Shown: positions 29,501-41,111 of the stretch, one piece after another
Numbering within the stretch: the first letter of the stretch is position 1
Layout: each line of letters begins with the position of its first letter
Assembly: GCA_023231475.1 (NCBI GenBank)
Contig: JALJEE010001505.1
Coordinates: 1-45,847 of the forward strand
Reading direction: 5' to 3'
DNA length: 45,847 bases
Origin: Seison nebaliae
Taxonomy: Eukaryota
The notes under the pieces: generated by a model
Seen by the model: the letters and a program-made list of their open reading frames with translations, nothing else
Databases searched by the model: none
Told to the model about the DNA's origin: nothing
Position numbers and translations under genes: made by a program

Positions 29501-32500
29501 CTAATAAAATCTTCTTCATTTCTCCAGGATAAATTAATATGTTTATGTGAGAAACATATTGACAATTTGCAGAAAACTCTCATTTTCGACGATATAAAAT
29601 TACGATTGATCGAAACAAAAGACCAATTGCCATCTGCTCATTTGCAGCAGAAACGAGATCGAACAAAGAAGTTGATAATGAGTTGGGATCGATTGAAACA
29701 ACGAGCCATCTTCAATTATATGACGACAAAAGATCTCGATAATCTTTACGAGAGAATTCACTGTGCTCGAAATGAAATTAACGAAGATCGAAAATGGATG
29801 TGGGTGGAGAACATTCCATTAGATCAGATGTCCAACATAGTTCTCACATTGGAAAATTTGAGTGTTCATAATTTTTATATTTCTTTTTCATTCTCATCTT
29901 TCTATTACAGAATGCTCAAAATCGTTGTCGAACTTATCGAAAGAATTTGGATGAATTAAAAGTTGCCTTATCGCGATTACCCAATAAGGATGATCAATGG
30001 ATGAAAAAAGTTCTCACAAACGATTACAACGTCACTCAACAACATTTGGATAGTGTTAGTCTCAAATCTTTAAATTCAAATTTTTCAAATTCCTCAAAAA
30101 TAATTTTAATTTTCAATTATTTAGTATGAATGTAATTGTAAGTTACGATTCGAGTTCTTGAATGATCACCAGAAGAAATGGAATGAATTCATCGAGTTAT
30201 GCAAGAGTCATGACGAACGAATTACTAAGTTGACGGAGATGGTCGATGAGTATATGATGTTAATGACGAACAATATGGAATCGGAATCATTTGAACATTT
30301 AAAGAACGTGAATGAATTTGAGAAACAATTAAATCAAATACAAAATAATTTACTTATTTTAGATAATGCAGCTGATAAATTAGTGACGAAAACACAATTG
30401 AATATCACAATTGAGAATCGACATCGGAAAGAAATGGAGAAAAGGAAATTGAAAGTTGATGAATTAAATAAGAAATTGGAAGAAATCCGAACTTCATCAT
30501 CATTCGATTACTCGAAAAGAGTGTGCGAAGTTTCTTATTCCACTAAACCCATTAGATCGTCACCAACGAAACAATTCCATTTAAATCGATTTCTCTCCTC
30601 ACAAACCGGCCAAGTTACTCATCAGGAGATATCGGACGAAGTGAAAATGGAAGAACAAAACACTCAATCTATCGATTCCGCCGTATTACTAAACTCCAAC
30701 TTCACTAATCATTCCTCTTCACTCTCTTCTACTCAAGACGATCATCTTAATCATTTCCATGAAAATCGACAACATAATCAATTCTATCCACACTCCAATT
30801 TACACACTAACACTACCAGTACCATAAATGATATAGTAAAGGAAACGGGAGTGAATAATTCCCATGACCAATATCATTTATTAGATGAGAGTGACGTCAC
30901 TAAAATCAATCAGAGATCATCTCCAACTGCCACATTATCGTCGAATGTGAAGAATGGTTTAGTTATTCATATCGACCAACGTAATGGAAAACAAAATGAA
31001 CATCTCGAAGAAGATGTAGAAATTGATCATTTGGATGAATGCAGTATTACAACTGATTACAAACCATTAATGACGGGACGTGTTATTCAAAATTCGCCAA
31101 TTGGTCGTATAATGGAGAATCATTCAAAGAAGATGAGAACAAATGATTCTATTGATAATCAAATCATTTCTTTATTGACAACTGTCAGTTCAGTTTGTTA
31201 TTCCGAAGTTCCATCTTCCACAACGACGAATGTCATGACGACCACTATCGCGACTCAATGTGAGTCATTTAATCCATCAAGAAATTATATAAACCTCTTA
31301 TCGACTTTCGATGAAAAGAATCGACAACTCAATCATCAGTCGAATGATATTGAAAGAAACAATCGAATGACGTTAATGTCCGCGACCAATAAAGATAGAA
31401 TAAAAGAAAATATCCATCGAAAACGAACAAATCGAGAACGATATTCGAATTTACCAGAAATATTCAATAAATATTATTCGTCGGAAGAACAGGAAACTGG
31501 AACATTGTCTTCATCCTCCAACACGACCGATTCAACAACTACTTCCGAAATGACTTTGGACGAAAGAGTGAGAAATCATCGAAGATACATTCATCATAGA
31601 ACGAATGATAATAGAAATTGTCATTCGATGAAAAGAAAAAGTAAAAAATTGTCTTATAAATCTCATCGATTGGAACGTGATAATCATCATCGAAATAAGA
31701 GGAAATCATCCGATGTCAAATTAACATTAAATGTTTATGCAGCTCCCAAAATGAGACATGATAAATGTTATTCGAAATATTCGAACTGCTCCTCCTCCAC
31801 TAGTGAAATTGAAATTTATGAGGATGAAAAGAAGAAGAGAATTTCATCCAAATACAAATGTAAATATCTACCGTCCAAATCTCATAAACGATCTCAATTC
31901 AAATCTTCTAAAATTGTCACTCAACATCAATCCTCATTTTCACAAACTGATATTCAACATCCATCATCATCTTCCTCCATTTTCAATCAAAATCAACATT
32001 CATCTTCCTCAAGAACCAAACAAAATAAATCTTCATCTTCATCAATAGTAAACGGAAATCAATCTTCAACTTCATCAGATATTGACGCTCAAGAACAGTC
32101 GTCATGTGTGGAGTCTTCTGATAAAATAATTGAAAAGAAATATTCAACTACATTAAATACAAACTGGATCGAACTTCGATCGACATCGGACGATATACCA
32201 TTTAATGTCTATCGTTTTGGAGATTGTCCATATCGATTTACAGAAGATTGTCAGAAAGAAACAAAACAAATTGATGTTGATGAGGTTTCCGATTCAAATA
32301 ATATTTCAAATGAATCTGAAGAAATTTCCGATTCAAATAATATTTCAAAAGAATCTGAAGAAATTTCCGATTTACAAAATAATTCAATAGTATCAGAAGA
32401 AATTTCCGATTTACAAAATATTTCAAAAGAATCTGAAGAAATTTCTGATTTAAATAATATTTCAAAAGAATCTGAACTCGCAGAAGAACATATCGAAACA

Positions 32501-32791
32501 AAAAAACAATGTGATGTAAATAGAGATGAGAAACATGAAAAAGCGAATTGGTGTTCTTCTTTCTTCTGGAGATTTCTCATCTTTTTACTATTACTTCTAT
32601 TGATCATTCCCCAATTGTTCAGCGGAATTGTTTTATTTCCAGTAACATATTCCGAGAATCTCAAATCAGATCAATGTTCCGAATCTTGTTCATATAAAAC
32701 GACATCGTCCAATACATCACTTGTTTACCGATTTCTCCGATGGCTGTCATTGCCGCCTCTCATTTACCAGATGAATAATCAATTTTATTGA
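9154..32791 (+). CDS. Large (~2294 aa) spectrin-repeat, tail-anchored protein; Klarsicht/nesprin(KASH)-like, also resembling AKAP6-type spectrin repeats
   Basis: Eight exons join in one frame, all through phase-0 GT-AG introns: 9154-9435, 10455-10847, 13028-13252, 20690-22927, 25916-26515, 29528-29863, 29911-30054, 30125-32791. Spectrin-like helices with Trp anchors include LKEIIAWLHRL, FNEWLTRTKYRL...TIQADIETH...LHQLWLQSIEYRLII, KLIMSWDRLKQR and QKKWNEFIELC. There are long Ser/Asn-rich disordered blocks, one C-terminal hydrophobic helix (FFWRFLIFLLLLLLIIPQLFSGIVLF) and a short Cys-containing tail. The true first exon is uncertain (acceptor AG ends at 9151; upstream exons possible). The family call is from remembered motif similarity. 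Confidence 0.65.
12891..12904. promoter_or_regulatory. RFX X-box (GTTGCC AT GACAAC)
   Basis: One mismatch from the palindromic X-box GTTGCCATGGCAAC. Intronic, about 120 nt upstream of the exon starting at 13028. Confidence 0.5.
23488..23517. repeat. (CA)n microsatellite
   Basis: Directly visible run of about 15 CA units in an intron of the large gene. Confidence 0.95.
24981..24995. promoter_or_regulatory. RFX X-box (GTTGTC ATT GGCAAC)
   Basis: Same half-sites as the reverse complement of the 12891 motif, with a 3-nt spacer. Intronic, about 0.9 kb upstream of the exon at 25916. Confidence 0.45.
32282..32476 (+). repeat. Coding 39-bp (13-aa) tandem repeat x5, consensus EISDSNNISKESE
   Basis: Unit gaaatttccgattcaaataatatttcaaaagaatctgaa repeated five times with few substitutions, shortly before the transmembrane helix. 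Confidence 0.95.
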
Positions 32792-33075
32792 CATTTTGAA
32801 GGGAAAATTTAATTATTATTTATTCAATCTTCTCCAATCTCCATTTACATTGTTTTTTATTTTTCATCATTTTAACCGATTGTTTATCATCACTAATTAT
32901 ATTCACAGATAAATAAATGAAAGTTGAACATTTTTGAAAAGTTTTATTTTTGAATAAATTAACTATCAGACGTGAAAAAAAAAATCAGAAATAAAATGAG
33001 AGTTATTGTTGATATTTTAATTTTTTTCCTGTGGAATAATATTGAGAGAATTATCGGTAAGAAAAATAAAATGTT

Positions 33076-36000
33076 TTAGATTTTCAATGAAATTTTTCTC
33101 TTTCCTCGATTCCAAATGTCATCGAAAGGAAGAAGAATAGTGTGGAATGATTTATGAATGCTGCGAATCGTTCGACAATAGATCGTTAATTCCGAAGTCA
33201 TCATTCCATGAAGTGGACCTCCATCGTCCTTCACATCTAACCGATATAATCTCTCACTGAGTTGTTGTAAGAGTTTGCGATGAATTCGGAGAATTATCGA
33301 TTTTTTGATATGATCAATTGGCAACAGATGACGTACCATTTCGAACAGACTATTGATATTTCTATTGAGTGTCTTGAATGTGTTGGACGGAGTGGGTGCT
33401 TTAATTTCGTACGTCTCAATTCTTACTTGTTGCATTAGAATATAAACGATTTTTTCTTTGATTTCATGAATATGATTGAGGTAATCCTTTTATCGGAACG
33501 TGATTAAAAGAGAAAAGGAAAATTAAAAGAACTCGCACTAAAATTGAACATTTTTTCCGAAACGAATAATATTGTGCCGATTGAATCTCTTCTCGTTTCA
33601 TTAAACTTTCATCTTCATTTTCATCCAAGAGATTCTTTGATGAATTTCGATTCATTTTAGTCATAAATCTCTCATCGAAATAATCACAAGTTACTATCAA
33701 ATTACACAACATAAATTCGAGACTTCTCCAACATATGGCTGAGATGAATGAATAATGAGATGAAAAAGATGAAAATAAACTAACCTAAATGTTTTCCAGA
33801 AATACTTCTCGCAATACCCAAATGAACAATACCACCACCTAAAATCAGTTGACATGTTTTTGAATTGAATAACTGAAAGAGAATATGAATGAAAAATTTT
33901 GAAAAGAATTGAACTCGAAGTATTTCTAGACAATTACCTGTAATTAATAATGTGAAATTATCGACATATTCATCCAACAATCGATATTCATAAATGAATT
34001 GCATTGCATTACAAACAATACTGAAATTAATATAAAATAAAATTTAAAAAATTTATATTTAAATAGAAAATTAGAAAAGGAACTTGGGTAAGAAGAATCG
34101 ATTTGATTCCATCAAGATATCTGAATAATATGTTCCATTATTCTCCTTTTTTTCAATTCCCATATAATCATCCAACAATTCGTCTTCATTATCATTCGGC
34201 TCTTCTAATTGAACGAGAACTTTCAACGTTGACATGATATTTTTAAATGCTTCATTTGGTATTTCTAAATAATTTATATCCTCCTCTTTCTTCGACTGAT
34301 TTGATTGAATGGAGTCGATAGGAGTAGAGAAGAAATGATTCTTTCCATTATTCATTCCAGTCAATGGATTTGGTGATAATTGATCTTCTAATCAACAATA
34401 AGATTTGAGATGATTTAGAAAATTTAAAGAAAAATTAACGTAAATTTCTCCTTTCATAAATTGTGTTTGTGAGAATTTGTAATGAGTGGGGTATTCTTGG
34501 AATGATTTTCCATTTCTCCGATTGGAACAATTCTCTAAAACAAAAGAATTTTATTGATCTAACATTTTTTTTATTAAATAAATTAACTCAAGTTTTGAAC
34601 GATTATGACTATGAAATTCGGTGACATAATTGACTGATAAGTGATTGGCAGTCATCGAAAGTGTTTTCGTCGAATATTTCCCATTGATCGATTGACATCG
34701 TTGTGAGTATTGATGAATGAGAAATAGAAATCTCTTAAATTGTATATAATCAACATCTGATGTGGTGGCACTCTGACAATAAGAAGAAATGAAGATTATT
34801 TCCGAATGAAAAAATTTTAAAAAAAAATCGATAAAGAATCTACAAAAAGCGATAGTGAATATTGGAAATTTGGTGCAACGTATAAAAAATGATAAAAAAA
34901 ATGATAATAGGAAGGAAGAGATTAAAAATACTTCAATGGTTATATGAGAGGATTGTGGGAGATGAATGAATGAGAGAAGATGTAATGATGAACCTAATTC
35001 ATACATCTGAAAAAAATGATGGTTTTTGAGAATTGTTTATGAGAAATATAAATAACTTGAAATCTCGAATTGATTAATGAATTTATTCGATTGACAGTAA
35101 ATTGCATTACGGAGAGAAGACATCGTTCTAAATTGTACACAGATTGTACATCTTGATCTAATTTGAATTCTTTAATTAATTTCTAATAAATTTTCAAATT
35201 AGATGAAAGAAAAATGAGAAAATTAACATTAAAACGAGTGAAAAGAATGAAGAGACAATTTAATAATTCGTCAATCATATCAACCCATTTGTCGAATGAA
35301 AGTGATGATAGTTTCTGAAGGAGATTTTTTCTACTTCCTTCTGAATTAATCTCGTTCAATTGCTCCATCAGAACCGTCACATGATTTTCTAATCTCATTT
35401 CTTTTGTTTCATTAGGAAGTGGAATATATTTGATGGTATGTTTTAATGAAATTAATTTGAGTAATTTCTTTATTTCATTCATTGTCATCTCTTCTACTTG
35501 TCCACATGTCTCTTTAAGACAATTTAATGAATTCATCGAAATTAAATACGAAGTCATTCGATTGATAATTGAAGTGAGATCGTCGTTTTTTCCACCTTGA
35601 ATTAATAATGTCTGAATATCGATCAATTCTATCAATCGTTCACTCAATTCTTTCATCACCATATTTTTTATCAATTTCTCCATTTCATCCAATTGATGAG
35701 ATGTGTATCGGATACATGTCAATTTTCGAATTTCTGATGATAATAAATGTTGAGTGGATTGAATTAATTTAATGGCACCGATATAATCTTCTGTTCCTAA
35801 TAATAATTGTAAAGTCAATTGACAACGACTAAGAGAATGAAGTGTATGGAGGAGATTGAGATATTTTTGATATTTCTCTCGACGACGGAATAATTGAATC
35901 AATTTGAAATTTTGGACTACTTTAATATCATGAAGTGATTTCAAATTAATTTTCAAATCCATCAACTTCTCTTTCGTTCGATTGATATCAGAACGAATGA

Positions 36001-36844
36001 AATGATTCCGTTGCATGGCAATGAAGAAATGTTCCGATTTCTCTTCGATCTGTCTTGCCAAATTCACTTCAATACAATCGAGCCACATCGATAATTTCTC
36101 TTGAATCTCATCACGTAATTTCAATTTTTCTAATTTTTCATTCGATTTCTTCGAGTCTAATAATCGTTGTGGAATGATACGACTGAAATCATCTTGGGAT
36201 TTCCAGAGACAGAAATTTCGATCGAAAAAATATTGAGGTATTCCATCAATCGAATTCCTTTCTTCTACATACTCCTCAGATGATGATTTAGTGATGGAAT
36301 TGAATTTCTGACGATAATCGATACGGAAAAGGAGAACTTGGAAATATCGACGGAAATTATTGATGGAAACGTGTTCATTCAATTCCGGAATGGTCGTCGT
36401 GATGGTGAGGAGTAGTTCATTGATGAGATTTGTTATAAAAATGTTCGTATCATATTTGGCGGAAGAGAAAGATCGTCGAATCGACGACGAATTATCAGAC
36501 GGATCATTTAACAAAGAAAAGAGATTTGAAATGAATTCTTTCCGACAAATAAATTTTTTTCGATTTCCATCATCTCCTTTCGAATTGATCGATAATGTGG
36601 ATAATGTCAAATTTGAAGAATTGGACTCGACATGATGTCGTCTAATGTGATTAGCGAAATCAGTGGTTGTCGCAAAATTATCTGAGAATTCACATAAATT
36701 CTTCTCACCATAACAACAGATAATCGATGATCGTTTACCATTGGAATTAGTGTGAACGGAATGAAACTTGAGAAGATGTGAAAAGAAATCATCAAATTTT
36801 TGGAAGTTTATTGGGGTGATGCAATTGATACAGGTGTATGTCAT
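33076..36844 (-). CDS. VPS54: Vacuolar protein sorting-associated protein 54 (GARP complex subunit), ~1045 aa
   Basis: Exons 36844-35228, 35182-35057, 34772-34588, 34534-34440, 34387-34084, 34020-33915, 33872-33785, 33738-33533 and 33486-33076 sum to 3138 nt in frame. Diagnostic motifs: QEKLSMWLDCIEVNLARQIEEKSEHFFIAM, LFNSKTCQLILGGG, YEIKAPTPS, DDGGPLHGMMTSEL, plus N-terminal C2H2-like fingers as in invertebrate VPS54. Confidence 0.92.
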
Positions 36845-38091
36845 TGAGAGGCGATGACTTTCCAATCATCGATTCTAATTTATTCAATAATTAATTGAAA
36901 TGAAACAAAAATTGAAAACTTTAAATAATTCCCATTTAGTCGGTGATGTTAGACAAAGCTAAAAATTCTCATTCTTTTTTTTTCCATTTACACTCATATT
37001 TCATTCTTACAAATTCTTAAAAATCCGAAAAAAATATATTTTAATAATTTTAGTATAATTTGACAAAAAATTCCTTTACACAATTTAGCTGAAAATTTTT
37101 AAATAATAATCATTTTTTCAAAATTGTCTTTTTTTTAATTTAAAGATCTTATCAGATTTTCTTCTACTTGATATTTTTACTCACAAGAATACATCAAAAG
37201 ATGTTTTTCAATTGAGAACGACCGAACTAGAGAATTACTTCATAGAAGGAATGATGACCAGAAATTAATGGATGGAATTAACTATTGTGGATGATACCAA
37301 AAATGAGTCAAGGAGAAAAGAAACTTTTGAATTAATTATTTTAAAATTAACTAAATAAAATTAGAGTGGTGAAATTATAAAAAAACGTGTGATGATGAAT
37401 TATGGTTTTTGTGCTTTTGAGTAAAATGAATTTACATTCAATGTATCACATTGTAGTTCGGTTACTCATCACAATGACGATGGATGTAATGGAGATGAGT
37501 AAATTGTGTGTGTGTGTGTATGTTCACTGTGAAGAAGAAATTAGTGATGATATCAACAAATCAGATTATCGTTCCGAAGACTGTTTCATTTAATTCCTCT
37601 CGCTCATTCGAATTTCATGGTGATGGTTTCGCGCCACCGGAGAATTGGGAGGGACATGAGGTTTGGGGAAGAGAATGAATGATGAGAATATTGTGCAGAA
37701 GATTGACGAATGGAAAAATACATGATTAGATTGTAACTCATCCAATGAACACAATCCATTGAATAAGGATGACGAAGATGATGATGAAGATTCAACTTTT
37801 TATTTTTATCTCTCCTCCCTCCCAATAAATCATTCCATTGATCATGAAGATGTGTGCGCAGATAAATGATGGCGAAATGACTATAAGAAAACGAGTCATC
37901 TCATTGATGAGTAGAGAAGGGGGGGAAGGAGAATGTACCACCAAGAATAATTATCAAATGAAAGCAATTTTTCGTGTGTCTCCAAACGAAGTGAGAAAAG
38001 AAGAATCATTTGGTGAAAATGAAGTTTTGTTGAGAGAGAATAAGAAGAGGTAGTCGGTATCGCTCTGCTGTCGACGAGGAAATGCAAATCT

Positions 38092-39107
38092 CTATAACTT
38101 CATTCCTTGCAAAGGATCCGGAAAACTCAAGTCACTAATACTACTACCACTATCATCGCTCTCGTCATTCAGATGGTCGTCATCCTCCATCATCTCCATA
38201 TTATTATTGTTATTTCTATTTCCGTTCATCGAATTACTGTTATTATTGCTCTGTAATTGCATCGGTATATCATGATCATCATCTGCTAGAAAAGAGAATT
38301 AATGACAATATTCTCATATTTGAATGATATATAAAATGATATATCAAATAATATATAAAATGATATTTTTCGAAAGAAATTAAAAGAAAATAAATGAGTA
38401 TTAACAATTTGACATTAAAGGTGATGACATTTCAACTTTGTTAGTTGGTTGTGCATATTTCTTCACATATTGTATCACTTTTTTTTTGAATTCATCCGGT
38501 TTCTTCACCAACAATGAAGCAGCTTCCCCATTCAACGGGTCCAAGGCATTGGGATATTGCAAGAGTTGAGGGAGAAATGCGTCGAATATGTTGGATAACT
38601 CTTAAGAAGAAGAAGAAGAAACGAATTGAATTATTATTAAAATTTTTTAAGAGAATTATAATAACCGTACATTGGAGTCCATGTTTGATTGATGACATCT
38701 AAACAAACAGTTCCTGATCTGATGTAAGAAAAGTTTGAGGAAAGAATTCCAGGAAAAAAAAGTGTAACGCCTCGTCGATATTGGGATGGAAGATCTTGTT
38801 GAGGAATCCTTTAGAGAAAAAATGAAATTCGAAAAATCTTTTCAAACTCCTAACCGATCGAAGGCGATTTGAATGGATAACGGTCGGGTAAATCTACTCG
38901 AATTTTCCATACTCCACCTTCATATGGTGCTGAGAGGAGAGACTATGAAATTCGAATGAATGACATGAAAAAGAAACTGCTCTTCGGGCCAATAAATTTG
39001 ACACTGAATTCATGAATTCCAGTCAGAATATCCACCTCATGACCCTTCTCAATTAATCGCATCACATCAGAATCCATCCGCTTCTTCCCTGGGCTTGGCG
39101 ACGACAT
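38092..39107 (-). CDS. UBE2H: Ubiquitin-conjugating enzyme E2 H (Ubc8 ortholog), 228 aa
   Basis: Not in the ORF track. Exons 39107-38978, 38929-38855, 38808-38769, 38718-38666, 38600-38406, 38285-38092. Translates [20 protein letters not shown]...[74 protein letters not shown]...; HPN motif and catalytic Cys are intact; acidic C-tail. Confidence 0.96.
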
Positions 39108-39496
39108 CACGTTATACGACTATTCGTTAAATTAGGAATTCTGAGAGAATAGAACGAATTTGAGATTGGTAAGATTAGAGGGGGAAATTGTTGTTGCCAC
39201 ACGTCAAGTAAAAAGGAGGAGGGAACGAGAAAGGACGAACCAACTTTAACGACTATAAAAATAAAAAAGAAATGAACGACGTGAACATTCTTCTCTTCTT
39301 CTCCTCTCAATTCTCTCTATTTCTCCTTCAATCATTCTCTCTCATCTTCCATAATCTTAGATGATGGAAAGAGGGAGGGGAAAATTAAAAAATAAATTTA
39401 CGAACCTTATCATCATTCCTCCTATATATACGTATGTCTATATACACACACTTCCTTTATTAATTCCTCCATTGCCATTCATACACACAAAAAAAA

Positions 39497-39534
39497 ACAC
39501 ACACACACACACACAAAACACACACACACACACA
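39497..39534. repeat. Interrupted (CA)n microsatellite upstream of UBE2H
   Basis: Two AC runs separated by caaaa. Confidence 0.85.
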
Positions 39535-41111
39535 TATATTCACATAAAATTATATAATTTTATCTAATTTGACAGTAGGGCGTGTGTGTGTATATGTGTG
39601 TAATAAATTAAGAAAAGTGATTCCATTTTCAATATGACTCTCACACACACGCGCACACATAGGCAAGAGGAGAAGCACATAAAACATCGAAGGACGTTAA
39701 TTCTACAAAGAAAAATGTTTTCATTTGGAGCGAATGTTTCCTTCCCTTCCGGTCTACATAGACAGTAATGCATACCTAATAAGACAGGACTGGATTGCAC
39801 AACGCAAGTCCGTCCGATAACCTTCATCTGTCTTCATACACATTCAACGCATGTGTGTGATTGTGTGTGTCGTCAACAAGTACAAACAATTATACGCACG
39901 CCCATCAATCGAAATTTTATGAGAATCACCGATAACATGTTAGTAAATGGAGATCAAAATATTTCAAGGTTCAACCTTCCCGTATATGTGTTGTTGTCAT
40001 TCGGATTGGATGAGATGACAGGTTCCTTTAATACTTCTTCAATTCCTTCAAATTAAACAAAGTGAATTGATTTCGAGAATAGTATTAGCATTCCGTACTT
40101 TTACAGTTGAGCGAATGCTGGAAAAAATAGTAATTAGTAGAGACTTAAAAGGAGAAATATATCTCTTCTTTTAAGTCAGAGAAAACGAATATCGTTGAAT
40201 GATAATGAACGAGAAAAAAAAAATGATATAAAAAAAATAATCAGAGATCTCTTTCTTCATTTTTTGTGATGGGAGAATTGAAGAAATGACTTCATAAGAA
40301 GACTTTGTGTTTGTTGACTGGAGGAAGACACAGATGAAAAGGTAAATAAAATCAACTACTCTCTCAACATGAATAGATCCAACAGCTGCATCAGATAATT
40401 TCTTCTAAAATTTCCTCAGTCGCCAAATGTGTTTCGAGAGAATTGAACGAGGTTCATCAGTCGACAAGAAGTCGAATTGAAAGCGAAGTCGATTAGAAAA
40501 TAAATCTTTAAAATTACTCGACGAACTTTTAACATTTCGATGTAGTCAAGTTGAGGCTTTCGAGATGAGAAGGGAGAAAAGAACTTAAACTCTTAAACAA
40601 AAACGTTCCTTCCTTCTTTCATTTTGTGTAGTGAAGGAGAACCGTGTATTGGCATGTGAAAAACACATGTGGATCACAAATTTCTCTTTACCTGTCAATT
40701 GTCTCGACAACCATCATTTCCACATATAACCTAATCTACATATATTAAGCTAGGGAGCGCGTGTATTCCCGAAAAGAAAAAAACAATCTGACTATTCGTC
40801 ATAAAACTTTTTCTTTCAATTATCAATTGTGATTGTCGCCAATTACGTAGTGTTTTCTTTTGGAAATGACATGTCAATGGGAAATTTATTTGATATTAAA
40901 AAAAAATAAAATTCTTAGGAGCTTAAGTAGAATTTGAAAATATTTATTAAATTTTCTTTTGATAAAAAAAGTTTATTTTTTATTTTAAAAATTTTCAGGA
41001 TTAATTAAGTAAGAATATTCTTGTGCAATCGTTACACGACTACTATTTTATTTAAATTCTAGTGAACATTCTACATTTGTAATATAATAAAAGTTTTCAT
41101 TGTTGAGGAAA

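Noticed and set aside
32282..32476. 39-bp repeats as a CRISPR-like array
   Set aside because: Units are contiguous with no unique spacers and lie in frame within a eukaryotic CDS.
34551..35006. 151-aa ORF, or a 75-nt exon 35006-34932 with a GTA donor, as constitutive VPS54 coding sequence
   Set aside because: Its middle is Phe/Leu-rich intron-like sequence. Direct splicing 35057->34772 keeps frame and gives an ungapped match to VPS54 as remembered. If real, it would be the single non-GTT donor.
21052..36795. Antisense and alternate-frame ORFs overlapping the large exons (e.g. 21595-21873, 25912-26229, 32251-32664, 36360-36635)
   Set aside because: Shadow ORFs produced by codon bias and the 39-bp repeat of the real genes.
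39253..39405. Possible UBE2H 5'-UTR intron (GTTCGT...TTATAG on the minus strand) or trans-splice acceptor
   Set aside because: Plausible and consistent with the GTT rule, but not constrained by any reading frame, so it was not counted.
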